Source: Octopus vulgaris (lineage: Eukaryota). From it: a stretch of DNA of 64,000 nt. The stretch lies in NCBI GenBank assembly GCA_951406725.2, contig OX597822.1:102300001-102364000 (forward strand), given 5' to 3'. The notes under the pieces were generated by a model. That model worked only from the letters and a program-made list of their open reading frames with translations, had not been told where the DNA came from and made no database searches. A program made the translations under genes and the position numbers. Positions 51,991-64,000 of this stretch are shown here, piece after piece. Each line of letters begins with the position of its first letter. Position 1 is the first letter of the stretch.

Positions 51991-52354
51991 TGTGGAGGCG
52001 CAATGGCCCAGTGGTTAGGGCAGCGGACTCGCAGTCATAGGATCGCGGTTTCGATTCCCAGACCGGGCGTTGTGAGTGTTTATTGAGCGAAAACACCTAA
52101 AAAGCTCCACGAGGCTCCAGCAGGGGGTGGTGGTGATCTCTGCTGTACTCTTTCACCACAACTTTCTCTCACTCTTACTTCCTGCTTCTGTTGTACCTGT
52201 ATTTCAAAAAGGGCCGGCCTTGTCACTCTCTGTGTCACGCTGAATATCCCCCCCGAGAACTACGTTAAGGGTACACGTGTCTGTGAAGTGCTCAGCCACT
52301 TACACGTTAATTTCACGAGCAGGCTGTTCCGTTGATTCGGATAAAAAAAAAAAA
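51991..52354 (+). mobile_element. SINE S1 nested in an old S4 copy (about 51912-52460)
   Basis: TSD atgttctaagtt; poly(A) end. Confidence 0.85.
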
Positions 52355-52749
52355 ATGTTCTAAGTTCAAATTCTGCTTATGACGACTTTGCCTGTCATTC
52401 TTTCGAGGTCAATAAAATAAATATCCCGAAATGTCAAGCCTTGTGCTTGTTAAAAGAAAGGGTAATAAGTAAATCAAACCGATCGCAAGGCAGTTAGTTG
52501 AAATTCATATTTTAATAGGGACAATCTGTTTCAAGCCACACCCAAACGCCACATAAAAAACAGGATATGATCTTTTATTTGTCTATCAATCAATAGCAAA
52601 AAGATATTGACACCTGTGTGTGTGTGTTTTCATTTTATTTTCATTCTATTGATCCATGGTTACGCTTTTCAGCAAAAATAAGAGAAATATAATTTTCTTT
52701 ATAAATTATACACTTTTACATGTTACATGAAATGTATACATGGAGATTC

Positions 52750-53137
52750 GTGGAGGCGCAATGGCCCAGTGGTTAGGGCAGCGGACTCGCGGTCATAGGA
52801 TCGCGGTTTCGATTCTCAGACCGGGCGTTGTGAGTGTTTATTGAGCGAAAACACCTAAAGCTCCACGAGGCTCCGGCAGGGGATGGTGGTGATCCCTGCT
52901 GTACTCTTTCACCACAACTTTCTCTCACTCCTACTTCCTGTTTCTGTTGTACCTGTATTTCAAAGGGCCGGCCTTGTCACTCTCTGTGTCACGCTGAATA
53001 TCCCCGAGAACTACGTTAAGGGTACACGTGTCTGTGGAGTGCTCAGCCACTTACACGTTAATTTCACGAGCAGGCTGTTCCGTTGATTCTGATCAACCGG
53101 AGCCCTCGTCGTCGTAACCGACGGAGTGCTTCCTTTC
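52750..53137 (+). mobile_element. SINE S1, full length
   Basis: TSD tacatggagattc on both sides. Confidence 0.9.
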
Positions 53138-53469
53138 CTACATGGAGATTCAGGAGTCGTTCGTACACGCTCTGCAAACCACTTATACACCTGCATAGTC
53201 TATTCGTAGCTCATTCAAATTTCAGCCCGTCAGCTGTTTCAATACAATTTGTTAATTTAGCGTGCTCGCCCAGGATTTATATGCTGGCGTAGTCTACTCG
53301 TTTTTCGTTGCTCGAATTTCAGTTCGGTAAGCGAATGGGATACCAGTCACTAATACATGTACATAGTCTACTCGTGGTTCGATGACCAAATGTCAGTTCG
53401 TTATGCAAATTAAAGTTTTTTCAGAAAAACCATTCATTATCGATGGTGGGTGGAGACAAACACACGCAC

Positions 53470-53533
<64 letters not shown>

Positions 53534-53740
53534 CAATAATATGTTACATTACACGATAGTCAAGATAAAACTCTGAGTTTCAGATGCCGAAGTGGGAATC
53601 CACGTCATCTCTTCGGTTATCTGGCTATTTGAAAATAATATGTTACTATCGAGTAATGTAACATATTATTTTATAGATAGATTTCCTCTATTTACATAAT
53701 ATTGAGGTCTCTTTCTTTCTTTTGTTATCTTACCGTTTTA

Positions 53741-53803
<63 letters not shown>

Positions 53804-54415
53804 CTGTAAAACGTAACCATGGATCAAAAGAATGAAAATAAAATGAAAACACACACACACGGGTGTCAATAAATTTGCTATTGATTGATAGACAAATAAA
53901 ATATCATATCCTGTTTTTATGTGGTGTTTGGGTGTGGCTTGAAACAGATTGTCCCTATTAATATGAATTGGCCAGCATATCAAAAAATACCTTTAAAGGT
54001 TAAATTTATAAATAATTTACAAGATAAGGACAAAAGAAAAATTCTAATGCCAAATATGCCGAAAAAAGGACAAAATTGTCAATAACCATTATAATTAATA
54101 CACATTTGCTAGCTTTCTTACAATAAAATCTAATGCTCTTAGCTTAGACTTTTTTGGGGGCATCCAGCTCGAACAGTCTCAGGTGTAACTGCCCGAAACT
54201 GTAAGGATATCTGGTAACTGAGTGAAGAAAGAAGGTCACAAATGCCCCCCCCCCCCCCCCCTTGCCCTTCTAATTGTTTTTCCTGTCTGCCTTTGTATCG
54301 CCTATCTGTCCGAATGTTTTATTGTCCTCTATTGTGTTTTTGTTTCATGTTATTATATTTATATATACATATAGCGGTGTACGTACACACTTGTGCTTAC
54401 TCTATATACATATAG

Positions 54416-54504
<89 letters not shown>

Positions 54505-55544
54505 TGTATGTATGTATGTATGTATGTATGTATGTATGTATGTGTAACGGAAATAGTATACGTTGTAGTTTTGGGTCACCAATGTAACGCCTATAAAGTG
54601 GGTTAGTGTTAGAATGATGTTGTAAGAAAAGAAATTGAGCTAGTGAAAGTTATAGTGGTGGGACGAAACAACTGCTGCGTTGGTGAGTTACCATAGTTGA
54701 CCCTTTGTGCCATTTCCATTAGAGACAGTGTTTTGTTCAGTCGGTCAGCTAGACTAGGTTCTAACTGACTTGGAGTTCTTGTTTTTATAACTATCCAAAA
54801 CCAGCTAGAAAGATAGACATATCGTTGAGAACAATAGATTTCGTTGGCGATCTGTTATCTCTATTCTAGTTTTTGGTGGCCTAGAAGAGGTTAGAAGGGT
54901 CAAGTGACAAAGACATTATTCTGCTTAGCAAAGGCATCAGGCAAATGTGACTGCTGGCACTCAGAAAAACTATTGTTTTACCGTGAGAAAAGCGCTGTTG
55001 AACGGTTAAGTGAAATTTGGCGATCGAGGATCGAATCCACGCCATACATGCATGAAGCCACTACATATATATACATACATGCATACATATTTATTTTCAG
55101 TCTACACTGGAAAAACATGTAATGACCATTATTTATACCTTGTCTTGTGTGTGTGTGCGCACGCGTTTGCATTTGTGTTTGTACCCAACCACCGTTTGAC
55201 AGCCCGTGTTTATTTTCGGCCACGTAACCTACGGTTCGGCAAAACAGTCCCAAAGAATAAGTACCAAACTTTAAAACAAAAAAAAACAAAAAAAGACGCC
55301 AAAAAAATAGATTTATTTGACTTAATCCTTTAGTGTTCAGATTATTCTATCAAACATAATGCTTATTGATTCCCATTGATTTGAATTAATCATGCATTAT
55401 CTCATATCTTCAAGATCTTGATGGTGTAATTACCTAATGTAGAATAACATTGTAGGGTAGGTGTGAGAGCCTGGATCTGGTCAGTTTGAACATAAAACAG
55501 ATTAAATATTTTGGCCGGATATGGCTGGTTTAAATACTAAAGGG

Positions 55545-57270
55545 TTAATCCTTCAAGGTGGTAGCCCACTAGGGCTGCAGTCCCATAACTGAAACAAGTA
55601 AGAGACACAGATTAAAAGATAAGGTGCATGGTGTTTAAGCAGTGCCTGCAATGATTAGAGTATTTATTTACAAAGTATTAGTGGCTGTGCCAAATTAACC
55701 TGATGATTAGCAACACAATTAATGTGACAGGGAGAGGAAGTAAAATGTTATTATTTTATTGTATTATATTGTGTTTTGTTATCTTTAAAAATTGTATTGA
55801 TTGGCATCTATTGGTTTATGTTTGAGTTGTTGCTAAGGAATTTGTTTAAGGTTCTAAGGTCCCGTTTGCTCTTTCTTCATTCCATTTCCATTGTACACTG
55901 ACTTCTGTAACTGTGCTACAAGTAATTTACATCAAATATACACACCACATCAAATATACACACCACATCAAATATACACACCACATCAAATATACACACC
56001 ACATCTTTCTCTATCCCCCTTTGTGCGCGCGTGCATGTGTTTATATACATTCATACATACATACATACATACATTCATACATACATGTTGGCTGCCCCCT
56101 CGTTATCGAGTATGGCCATTGCACGAAGCTTAATCAATGTTGTTATCGTGCAATGCCTGTGCAAAAAGATTTTTTTTAAAGTGAGGAAAGGCTGTGCACT
56201 GAGTCAATCCCACTCACTAAGCAACAGCAGCCATAATCCGAAAAGAAGAACAAGTCAACATCATCGGTAACCACTGATCCGCAGGCTTTATGTCGGAGTT
56301 ATCCCAATTACCTGAGTTACCTTCTCTTAGAAGGATGCCCTAACAAAGGCTAGGAGTCCTTCACTCCCAATGGTTTAACCGCGCGATCGAGTATTCAGTC
56401 CGATTATTTTTATGTCCCCGCGCATGATACATCCTTAAGACATTTATTGGATGGCCGTTGACTCTCAAGAGTTCCTCCGCCCTTTCACGGGTTTTGTTTT
56501 TCATCCCGCAGGGTGGCCAATAAACACCCTCCTCACCAAGCAAGCTTGGTGGGGTTGCCGGTTTAGTCGCCGACGACCCGACCATGCAACAGGTTGTACT
56601 GGGTTACATGTTACCAGTAGCACTCGAAAGTGACCTGACATAACATACATACATACACACATACATACACATACATACATACATACATGCATACATACAT
56701 ACATACATACATACATACATACATACATACATACATACATACATACATACATACATACATGAAAAAATAGATTTATTCGACTAAATCCTTGAAGGTCGTA
56801 ACCTGGTAGGGCTGCAGTTCCGTAACTGAAACAAGTAAGAGACACAGATTGAAAGATAAGGTGCACGATGATTAAACAGTGCCTGCAATGAGTAGACTAT
56901 TTATATACAAGTATATACTGTGCCAAAGTAACCAGATGACCTCCCAATATCAACAACAAAATTAATGTGACAGGGAGAGGAAGTAACATGTTATTATTTT
57001 ATTGTATTATATTGTGTTTTGTTATTTTTAAAATTGTATTGATTGGCGTCTATTGTTTTATGTTTGAGTAGTTGCTAAGGAATTTGTTTAAGGGTCTAAG
57101 GTTCCGTTTGCTCTTTCTTCGTCCCACTTCCATTGTACACTGTCTTCTGTAACGGTGCTACGAGTTATTTACATATCTTCTAAGTACACATCAAATATAC
57201 ACCCCATATCTTTCTCTATCTCCCTTTGTGCACGCATGCATGTGTTTATATACATACATACATACATACA
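55545..57270 (+). repeat. Diverged direct duplication (about 55545-56085 and 56785-57270); the first copy has an 18-bp tandem x4 at about 55929-56005
   Basis: Shared blocks such as aattaatgtgacagggagaggaagtaa and ttgctaaggaatttgtttaagg. Confidence 0.85.
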
Positions 57271-57334
57271 TACATGCATACATACATACATACATACATA
57301 CATACATACATACATACATACATACATACATACA

Positions 57335-57365
<31 letters not shown>

Positions 57366-57384
57366 CTATATCTCGAACTTGTCC

Positions 57385-58100
57385 TCTCACTTAACTGCTT
57401 CTCGTTCGCGGGTGATTTTTATCAGCAGAACTCGGGAGTTACCATGGGAAGGAGAATGGGCCACAACTATGCGAACGTGTTCGTTGGCTACGTTGAAACC
57501 CAAATATTCTCCAGTTTCACTGGTTCCACTCCTGAACTATACGGTCGTTATATTGACGACAGTATCGGTGCGACCTCACTCTACCGCGAACATCTAGACT
57601 CCTTCCTCTCTTTTGTCAAATCTTTCCATCCTGCCCTCCACCTCTGTACTATCTCTGACACCTCTGTCTCCTTTCTTGACATTTCGCCCAGCATTCGTCA
57701 CTCTACTCTCACCACTTCTATCCACTACAAACGCACAGACTCGCACTCATACCTCAACTTCTCCTCCTCCCACCCCAAACACACCATGCTTTCCATCCAC
57801 TATTCCCAATTCCTCTGTCTACGCAGGCTCTGTAGTGACGACCATGACTTTGAGACTCAGTTTCAGCTCATGGCTCACCACTTCATCCTACTATCCACAC
57901 CGCCCTTGCCAGAGCACGTTCCGTGGACCATGCATTACTCTCTCCCCCCTGCACCCACCCCGCCGTCATCTGGCTCCCGTTTCCCCTCACCTACCACCCC
58001 ACCACCCTACCTCTCCAACCCACCATTCTCCGAGCCTTCCGGCAACTCCAATCCGACTCCTCCACTTCGCCCATCTTCCCTAACCGACCTCTCCTTGGTT
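57385..58100 (+). pseudogene. PLE reverse transcriptase fragment (Neptune-like)
   Basis: NCFSF..DFYQQNSGVTMG...YANVFVG, RYIDD, VSFLDI, YKRTDSHSYLNFSSSHP, SQFLCLRRLCS. Confidence 0.85.
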
Positions 58101-58287
58101 TTTTTTTATCTCATTACACAAAAAATTCTTATATACACATACTGACATAGAACCAACGTTGAATCTTTTATTCGCAATATTACCGAATCTGGAACTTAAC
58201 TATGGTCTGTCTATAGCACTTATTCAGCATTACCTGACACCTTTGGGTCTCAATGACACCATTATCTCTTATAACCTCAACTTCTCG

Positions 58288-58334
<47 letters not shown>

Positions 58335-58383
58335 AAACAAGTCAAAAATAGAAAATGCTAAGATAATTTTATAGTGAATCTTT

Positions 58384-58421
58384 CAGTACCGGTTTCGGTC
58401 ATTTTGAGACCTTTTCAACTG
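58384..58421 (-). ncRNA. Minimal hammerhead, U3-A8 core, in a (TA)n-flanked PLE-like segment (58331-59280)
   Basis: cag-TTGAAAA-ggtc tcaaaat gacc-GAAA-CCGG-TA-ctg. Confidence 0.75.
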
Positions 58422-59277
58422 TAACGATTAAATAATTAAATTTAGAAAAATTAGAAGAAAAATTTTTTTAAAAGAATATCTCTATAGTAGTGTTCAGATA
58501 TAAGTAGCATTCTGCCTTTCTCTGACTCCCTTGTTTGCACTTGTGTGTTCGAGGTCGTTGTGAGTTCTTGGTAGGGTAGGTGAAGAATAAGGAGGCTGAT
58601 GTGGAGAGGGGGTGGGGAAATCTGGGAATGCCTTGATGGTCGTATTTTGAATGGTCAGTGGCTGACAGCAGTCGCAGTTCAATTCAGGAATTGTTTATGG
58701 AATTTGCGTAGGCGTTATACTGAAAGACATTAGTGACAAGGTTAAGGGGTGGAAGGTGGAGAAGTAGAAGAAGAAGAAGAAGAAGAAGAAGAAGAAGAAG
58801 AAGAAGAAGAAGAAGAAGAAGATGACGATGTTGATGATGAAGAAGAAGAAGAAGAAGAAGAAGAAGAAGAAGAAGAAGAAGAAGAAGAAGAAGAAGATGG
58901 TGATGATGGTGGTGATGATGATGACGACGATGATGATGATAATGATGATGATGAAGAAGAAGGGGAAGAAGAAGAAGAAAAAAAACAGAGAAGGGAGAAT
59001 ATGAATGGGTGAAAGTATAGCTGTGATGGGGCTGTTTAGTAATGGATTCTATGGAGTGTAATATTTGTGTGTGTATATATTTCTTTTATTCTAAAGTTGA
59101 GGTATATTAATTGTTTGTCGTAGACCCGTTAAGAAGTGGCTTGTATTTTGTAATAAAGAGATTTTCTTTACTTATTCGTTGTCTCGAGGTTGTATCGTCC
59201 CTAAATTGGTAGAGGGGGAAAATCCTGAAGTTTGGTGTTTTTTTGTTGGCGCAAGTATCTATGTGTTGGCTAAAAGC

Positions 59278-59331
<54 letters not shown>

Positions 59332-59551
59332 AGATAGGGGTTGAAAGATTCAACCCACCATGGGATAACATATATCCAATATACTGCTAGGTAGGTACCC
59401 AACAAGACTAATACATAGATGTTAAAAGTTGCCAAGCAATTGTATAATGCCTTTACTGATATGTAATGGTGTAATAAAGTATTGATTGGGTATCATCTGT
59501 TAGTTGATGTTTTATTGATTTAAGTATGTTTCTCCATTTTCTAATTTTGTA

Positions 59552-59591
<40 letters not shown>

Positions 59592-59596
<5 letters not shown>

Positions 59597-59713
59597 GTGT
59601 GTCCGTGTGTGTATGTATGCGTATGAGTATATACTTCTATGGCAAAATATTACATATACGTACGCATATACATACACACATATATATGCGTATATATTAC
59701 ATATATGTGTGTG

Positions 59714-59749
<36 letters not shown>

Positions 59750-59871
59750 CACACACATATATGTAATATATACGCATATATATGCGTGTATGTATATGCG
59801 TACGTATATGTAATATTTTGCCATAGAAGTATATACTCATACGCATACATACACACACGGACACACTCACT
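59592..59871. repeat. Near-perfect 280-bp palindrome centred on (TA)n
   Basis: agtgagtgtgtccgtgtg... mirrors ...cacacggacacactcact; one mismatch seen. Confidence 0.92.
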
Positions 59872-60271
59872 CACACACACACCTTCTAGAGTGTGATATG
59901 ATAAAAAAAAAGAACCTATGTCGAGCCATTAAGAATATAAAGGTGTCGAGAGATAAAGGTTGGTAAGCCTTTGATTATAGGTCTACTTGATCAAGAGAGA
60001 CAAAGTTCGAGGATAAATAATAAAGACTTTTTCCCCGATATAATAATGAATATCGAATCTATTATTATTATAAGTAAATGTGTTAGATAACGATTGCCTT
60101 GTCATGACCTCCTGCTTAGTGAAATCATAAGCTGTCTTGTACAGGCACGAACTGAATAATAATTAATTACCATAGTGATAATATTTACCATAGTGAGGCA
60201 AGTACAACGAAGTAGCCTCTTTATGGCTGCTATACTGTTCTATAGAATATACTTTGGTTTCCAGCCAATAC

Positions 60272-60504
60272 TTATTTCTTTACTACCCACAAGGGGCTAA
60301 ACACAGAGAGAACAAACAAGGACAGACAAACGGATTAAGTCGATTATACCGACCCCAGTGCGTAACTGGTACTTATTTAATCGACCCCGAAAGGATGAAA
60401 GGTAAAGTCGACCTCGGCGGAATTTGAACTCAGAACATAGCGGCAGACGAAATACTGCTAAGCATTTCGCCCGGTGTGCTAACGTTTCTACCAGCTCGCC
60501 GCCT
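60272..60504 (-). mobile_element. SINE S4 tail A with TSD
   Basis: TSD gtttccagccaatact on both sides. Confidence 0.9.
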
Positions 60505-60879
60505 TGTTTCCAGCCAATACTGTATACAACATCGGACCTCTGACCCATTTCCAGAAATCCGGGAATACTGTGCATGTACCCTATATAAATAAAATATGTA
60601 AAATAGACACTGCTTTTGGAGTTGGTTAATTTGCATACAGTGAGTTATACATAGTTTTGCTCTTAACTTTTTTTAAGTGGATAAAGTTTAAATATACTCT
60701 GCTTTAAAATTGTATCTCCATCTGTAAAATAATATCATGTTCCTTAATTTCTTGCATACTATAAACATTATACTCTATACACAGTGCTGTGTGACATATT
60801 TCAACAATTTTAAGTGGCTTAATACATATCATAGAAACCCTACTTTAGTAGAGTCTTAATTGAATTTGTTAAATGCAAC

Positions 60880-61473
60880 TGGAAGTAGGCTCTTAGACAA
60901 ACATTTTCCAGAAAATCACAGATATAAAAAATATTCAACAGATGTTCAGTTAAGTTATTATATAGCTGCTTCCCCAATATGCAAACACCACCAAGAGCTT
61001 TAGCTTCCAGCTGTAACTGTCGATATCCAGGAACCTGACCACTCGATCAGAGATGCATGATTAAATCCGTCATATATGATTCAGAAGTTACAGCAATGCT
61101 AGATAATAACATAACCGAAAAGAAAAGCTACATTGGGCTATGTGAAGGCGATTTAAAAAATTGCTATGAGAACCATATATCTTCCTTCCAACACGGGGAT
61201 AAGATTAAAGCCACTAAGTTGGCCAGCTACATATGGGGTTTGAAGTCTAACACCACACCATATACAATTAAGTGGAAAATAGTTGAAAAATCTGCACCAT
61301 ATGTCAACGGATCAAAAAAATATAAGCAATGCGTAGCTGAAAGTACACAGATCGTTTTCAGATCTAAAAACTCCACCACACTGCAGAATTCCAGATCTGA
61401 AATTTCCAGAAGTAGTAAACATATGGATAAATTCCTGTTGGAGAATTGGAAAACACCATCCTCTCCAGATTGA
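60880..61473 (+). pseudogene. Naiad-type PLE linker and GIY-YIG fragment
   Basis: LDKHFP..H.Y, YSCFPNM, CNCR....*PL...C....VIY...YIGLCE...NHISSF...TKLASYIWGLK...IKWKIV...PY. Confidence 0.82.
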
Positions 61474-61799
61474 GCACCTGCACCGCGGACTCTAGCCCAC
61501 TATCCATTCAGCTTGAGGACTTTATTCCCCCTCTTTCTTTCTTCTGTTTTCTTTTTTCGTTATCTGTTTCTTCAACTTACATTTTATATCTACTCTCTAA
61601 CGCCTTATCTCGTTTTTTCTACAATCTCATTGTCCTGTAACTCTCCAAGAATTGAACAGGCACACACCATGCACTTACACGCAAACACACGCATATGCGT
61701 GTATTTACGTTTATGTATGTATGTGTACGCTTCTCTTTTTCTTTTTAATTTAGAGAAAATTTTGACCGTCCATCTTCTTTGTAGGAAAGGTTGGGAAGG

Positions 61800-63800
61800 T
61801 AAACATCTTGTTCTGTTCATCATCTTTTAAATCTTAAGGTTTGCAAATTTTTATAGTTCCATGTATCGTGATCATTTGCAGTATATGACCTGCGTTCTCT
61901 ACCTAACAACCCAAGTTCAGCCATACTTTGCTCCAGATGGGTTAGTATGTATCCTCTTGTTCCAATAATAATAGATATGGATCCAAAAGTGTACCTTAGG
62001 TACTGGATTTGCAAGCACCTTATGAATGGCCTATAGATGTCCTCTTTCTCTTGTACCTTTCTAACCACATTGGCTCCAGAGGGCAACTGATTTCGACAAC
62101 AGAACATATCTTTTCCTTGTCGTCCCACACAATAACATTTGGTCGGTTGTGTTTTGACTTGGTGGCTGTTTTAATTTTTTAATTCCTACCAATATTCTTT
62201 TGACTCATTGGTCTCAGTATAGTCAGCATCATCTGTAAATGTTTTCTTTTTTCTTATCCTGTTCCATACTGTTTTAGTCACCGCACTGTGCCTCATGAGA
62301 AGAAGATAATATCCGGAAAATATTCTCAAGCAGTTGGCAATAATGTGGTGAGTTCTTTAGTCATGGTCATGCACACCCTATATTTGTTTTCTGCCTCTTA
62401 TGCTGTAAGTCCTTGGTGGGAATCTCTTCTTGAATTACATGGAGGTAACCTTCGAAGTAGGATTCATAAACTTGTCGGTACTCCATCCCAAGCTTTTGAC
62501 ACAATCAATTCCTTCTATGGCTTGAGTTTTTCATGCCAAATTCCCAAGTATTATATTGTCAGTGAAGTGTTCTATTTTTTTATGACTCTCCGGCACAGTT
62601 TGTTCCTTATCACTCCCAAGAAGCTAAATGATATGCCAAGTTTTGGTCAAGCGTTCATAACACTCACTAGTGGTTATACGACATTAATTGACTGTAAAGT
62701 AACATAACCGAAAAGAAAAGCTACATTGAACTACGTGAAAGTGATTTAAAACATTGCTATGCCAACCACATATCTTCCTTCCAACACGGAGATAAGATTA
62801 AAGCCACTAAGTTGGCTAACTGTATATAGGGTTTGAAGTCTAACACCACACCATATACTTCAACCATGCAATAAACTTTCAAAACCCTTCTGATAGTCCA
62901 ACCATACTACGGTTAATTTCTTACGATTTTTTACTGTTTTATTTTTCTCCTGAACTATTTTGTTAATTAATAACTGCTGTATACTGCCCCACGCCTCCTC
63001 CTTTCCTCCAGCTCGCTTGTTGGTGGTACTATGATCCTGCAAGAACAGACTAACATACTCAGTGTATTTGTACATGATATTCTAGAAGGCGAATATATGA
63101 TATTCAAGGCGGCGAACTAGCAGAAACGTTAGGAGGCCGGGCGAAATGCGTAGCCGTATTTCGTCTCCCGTTACATTCAGAGTTCAAATTCCGCCAAGGT
63201 CGACTTTGCCTTTCATCCCTTCGGGGTCGATTAAATAAGTACCAGTTGCGCACTGGGGTCGATATAATCGACTTAATCCGTTTGTCTGTCCTTGTTTGTC
63301 CTCTCTGTGTTTAACTCCTTGTGGGTAGTAAAGAAATAGATATTCTAGCAGATTACTGGGCGGAAATTTTTAGAAAAGAGTGATTTCGCTATTTTTGGAG
63401 ATAAGGGGAGTAGTTACAGATGATAAGCACTGGGGCGGTTCTTGTGTGCCTTTGATACTTTCTCCATATAACCGTAGAAGGTCTTGTCGATAGTAGGTGA
63501 AATTCTTCAGCCAGTAAGTATCTATTATGAGGTCTGAGCCTGGGGGGTTCCTGTTTGACATTTTCTGTAGGACTTTTTCCAGTATTTTGCCGTCTGTTTC
63601 GTATCGTTGATACTGGACATACTGGTAGTAATCCTGATCCAGTTCTTTTACCCATATACGTTGTTTGCCGAACTCATCACTTGTTTCTTATACAGATATC
63701 TAGTAGACCTCAACCTGATATTTTGTTAAGAGTGTCTTTTACTGAGATTGAGCCTTTTGCATTGAAGCTACGGTAAACTGATTTGGGATCCATGGCAAAT
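61800..63800 (-). mobile_element. Heavily decayed R4/Dong-like LINE, interrupted by a PLE fragment (62700-62858) and SINE S4 (63106-63338)
   Basis: PPGSDLI..YWLK, QQLLINK, WLDYQKGFES, HNRPNV, ISIIIGTRG. Confidence 0.7.
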
Positions 63801-64000
63801 AATTTATATGCTGTAGATTTTCGTTTTTCAGCTGTGAGTTGTTGATTCAGCAGGTGCATTTTGGAGTTTAGATTTTTTTAATCTTGTATCACCAAATCGC
63901 CTCTCTAGATTCTGTGTCTTCCTGATGTCATGTGAGGATGTTCTTGGTGCTATATGTCAAATATTTTCACGCAAGAATAAAATTTTAATTTTTGGACCTT

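Noticed and set aside
53560-54215. Further hammerhead candidates near 53570-53630 and 54160-54210 (also 36330-36390)
   Set aside because: GAAA(C) and a stem are present but the CUGANGA or UUGANAA core is missing or too degraded
58749-59012. Acidic poly-E/D ORF (and poly-V/T/P ORFs at 33887-34610)
   Set aside because: Trinucleotide microsatellites

Overview
AT-rich, microsatellite-dense animal DNA made almost entirely of transposable elements. The tRNA-derived SINE repertoire looks like octopus/cephalopod (inference). No host gene, rRNA, true tRNA or CRISPR is supportable, and most long ORFs in the track are microsatellite artefacts. Recognisable content: (i) about ten Penelope-like element (PLE) pieces, most embedded in (TA)n, many folded back into inverted repeats and carrying hammerhead ribozymes (HHR), including a U3-A8 core variant in three unrelated repeats; (ii) a young 362-nt-unit retrozyme-like insertion with a 12-bp TSD; (iii) four L1/Tx1-like non-autonomous elements stacked in pairs at two target sites, one inside the tRNA-like head of a SINE; (iv) a SINE whose 3' tail resembles the 3' ends of those Tx1-like elements and which stacks repeatedly into its own head; (v) two R4/Dong-like RLE LINEs in one (TAA)n tract; (vi) decayed Gypsy, RTE, mariner and Helitron copies. 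Family labels S1-S4 (SINEs) and T1-T4 (Tx1-like) are my own. All coordinates were read by eye and element boundaries are approximate.
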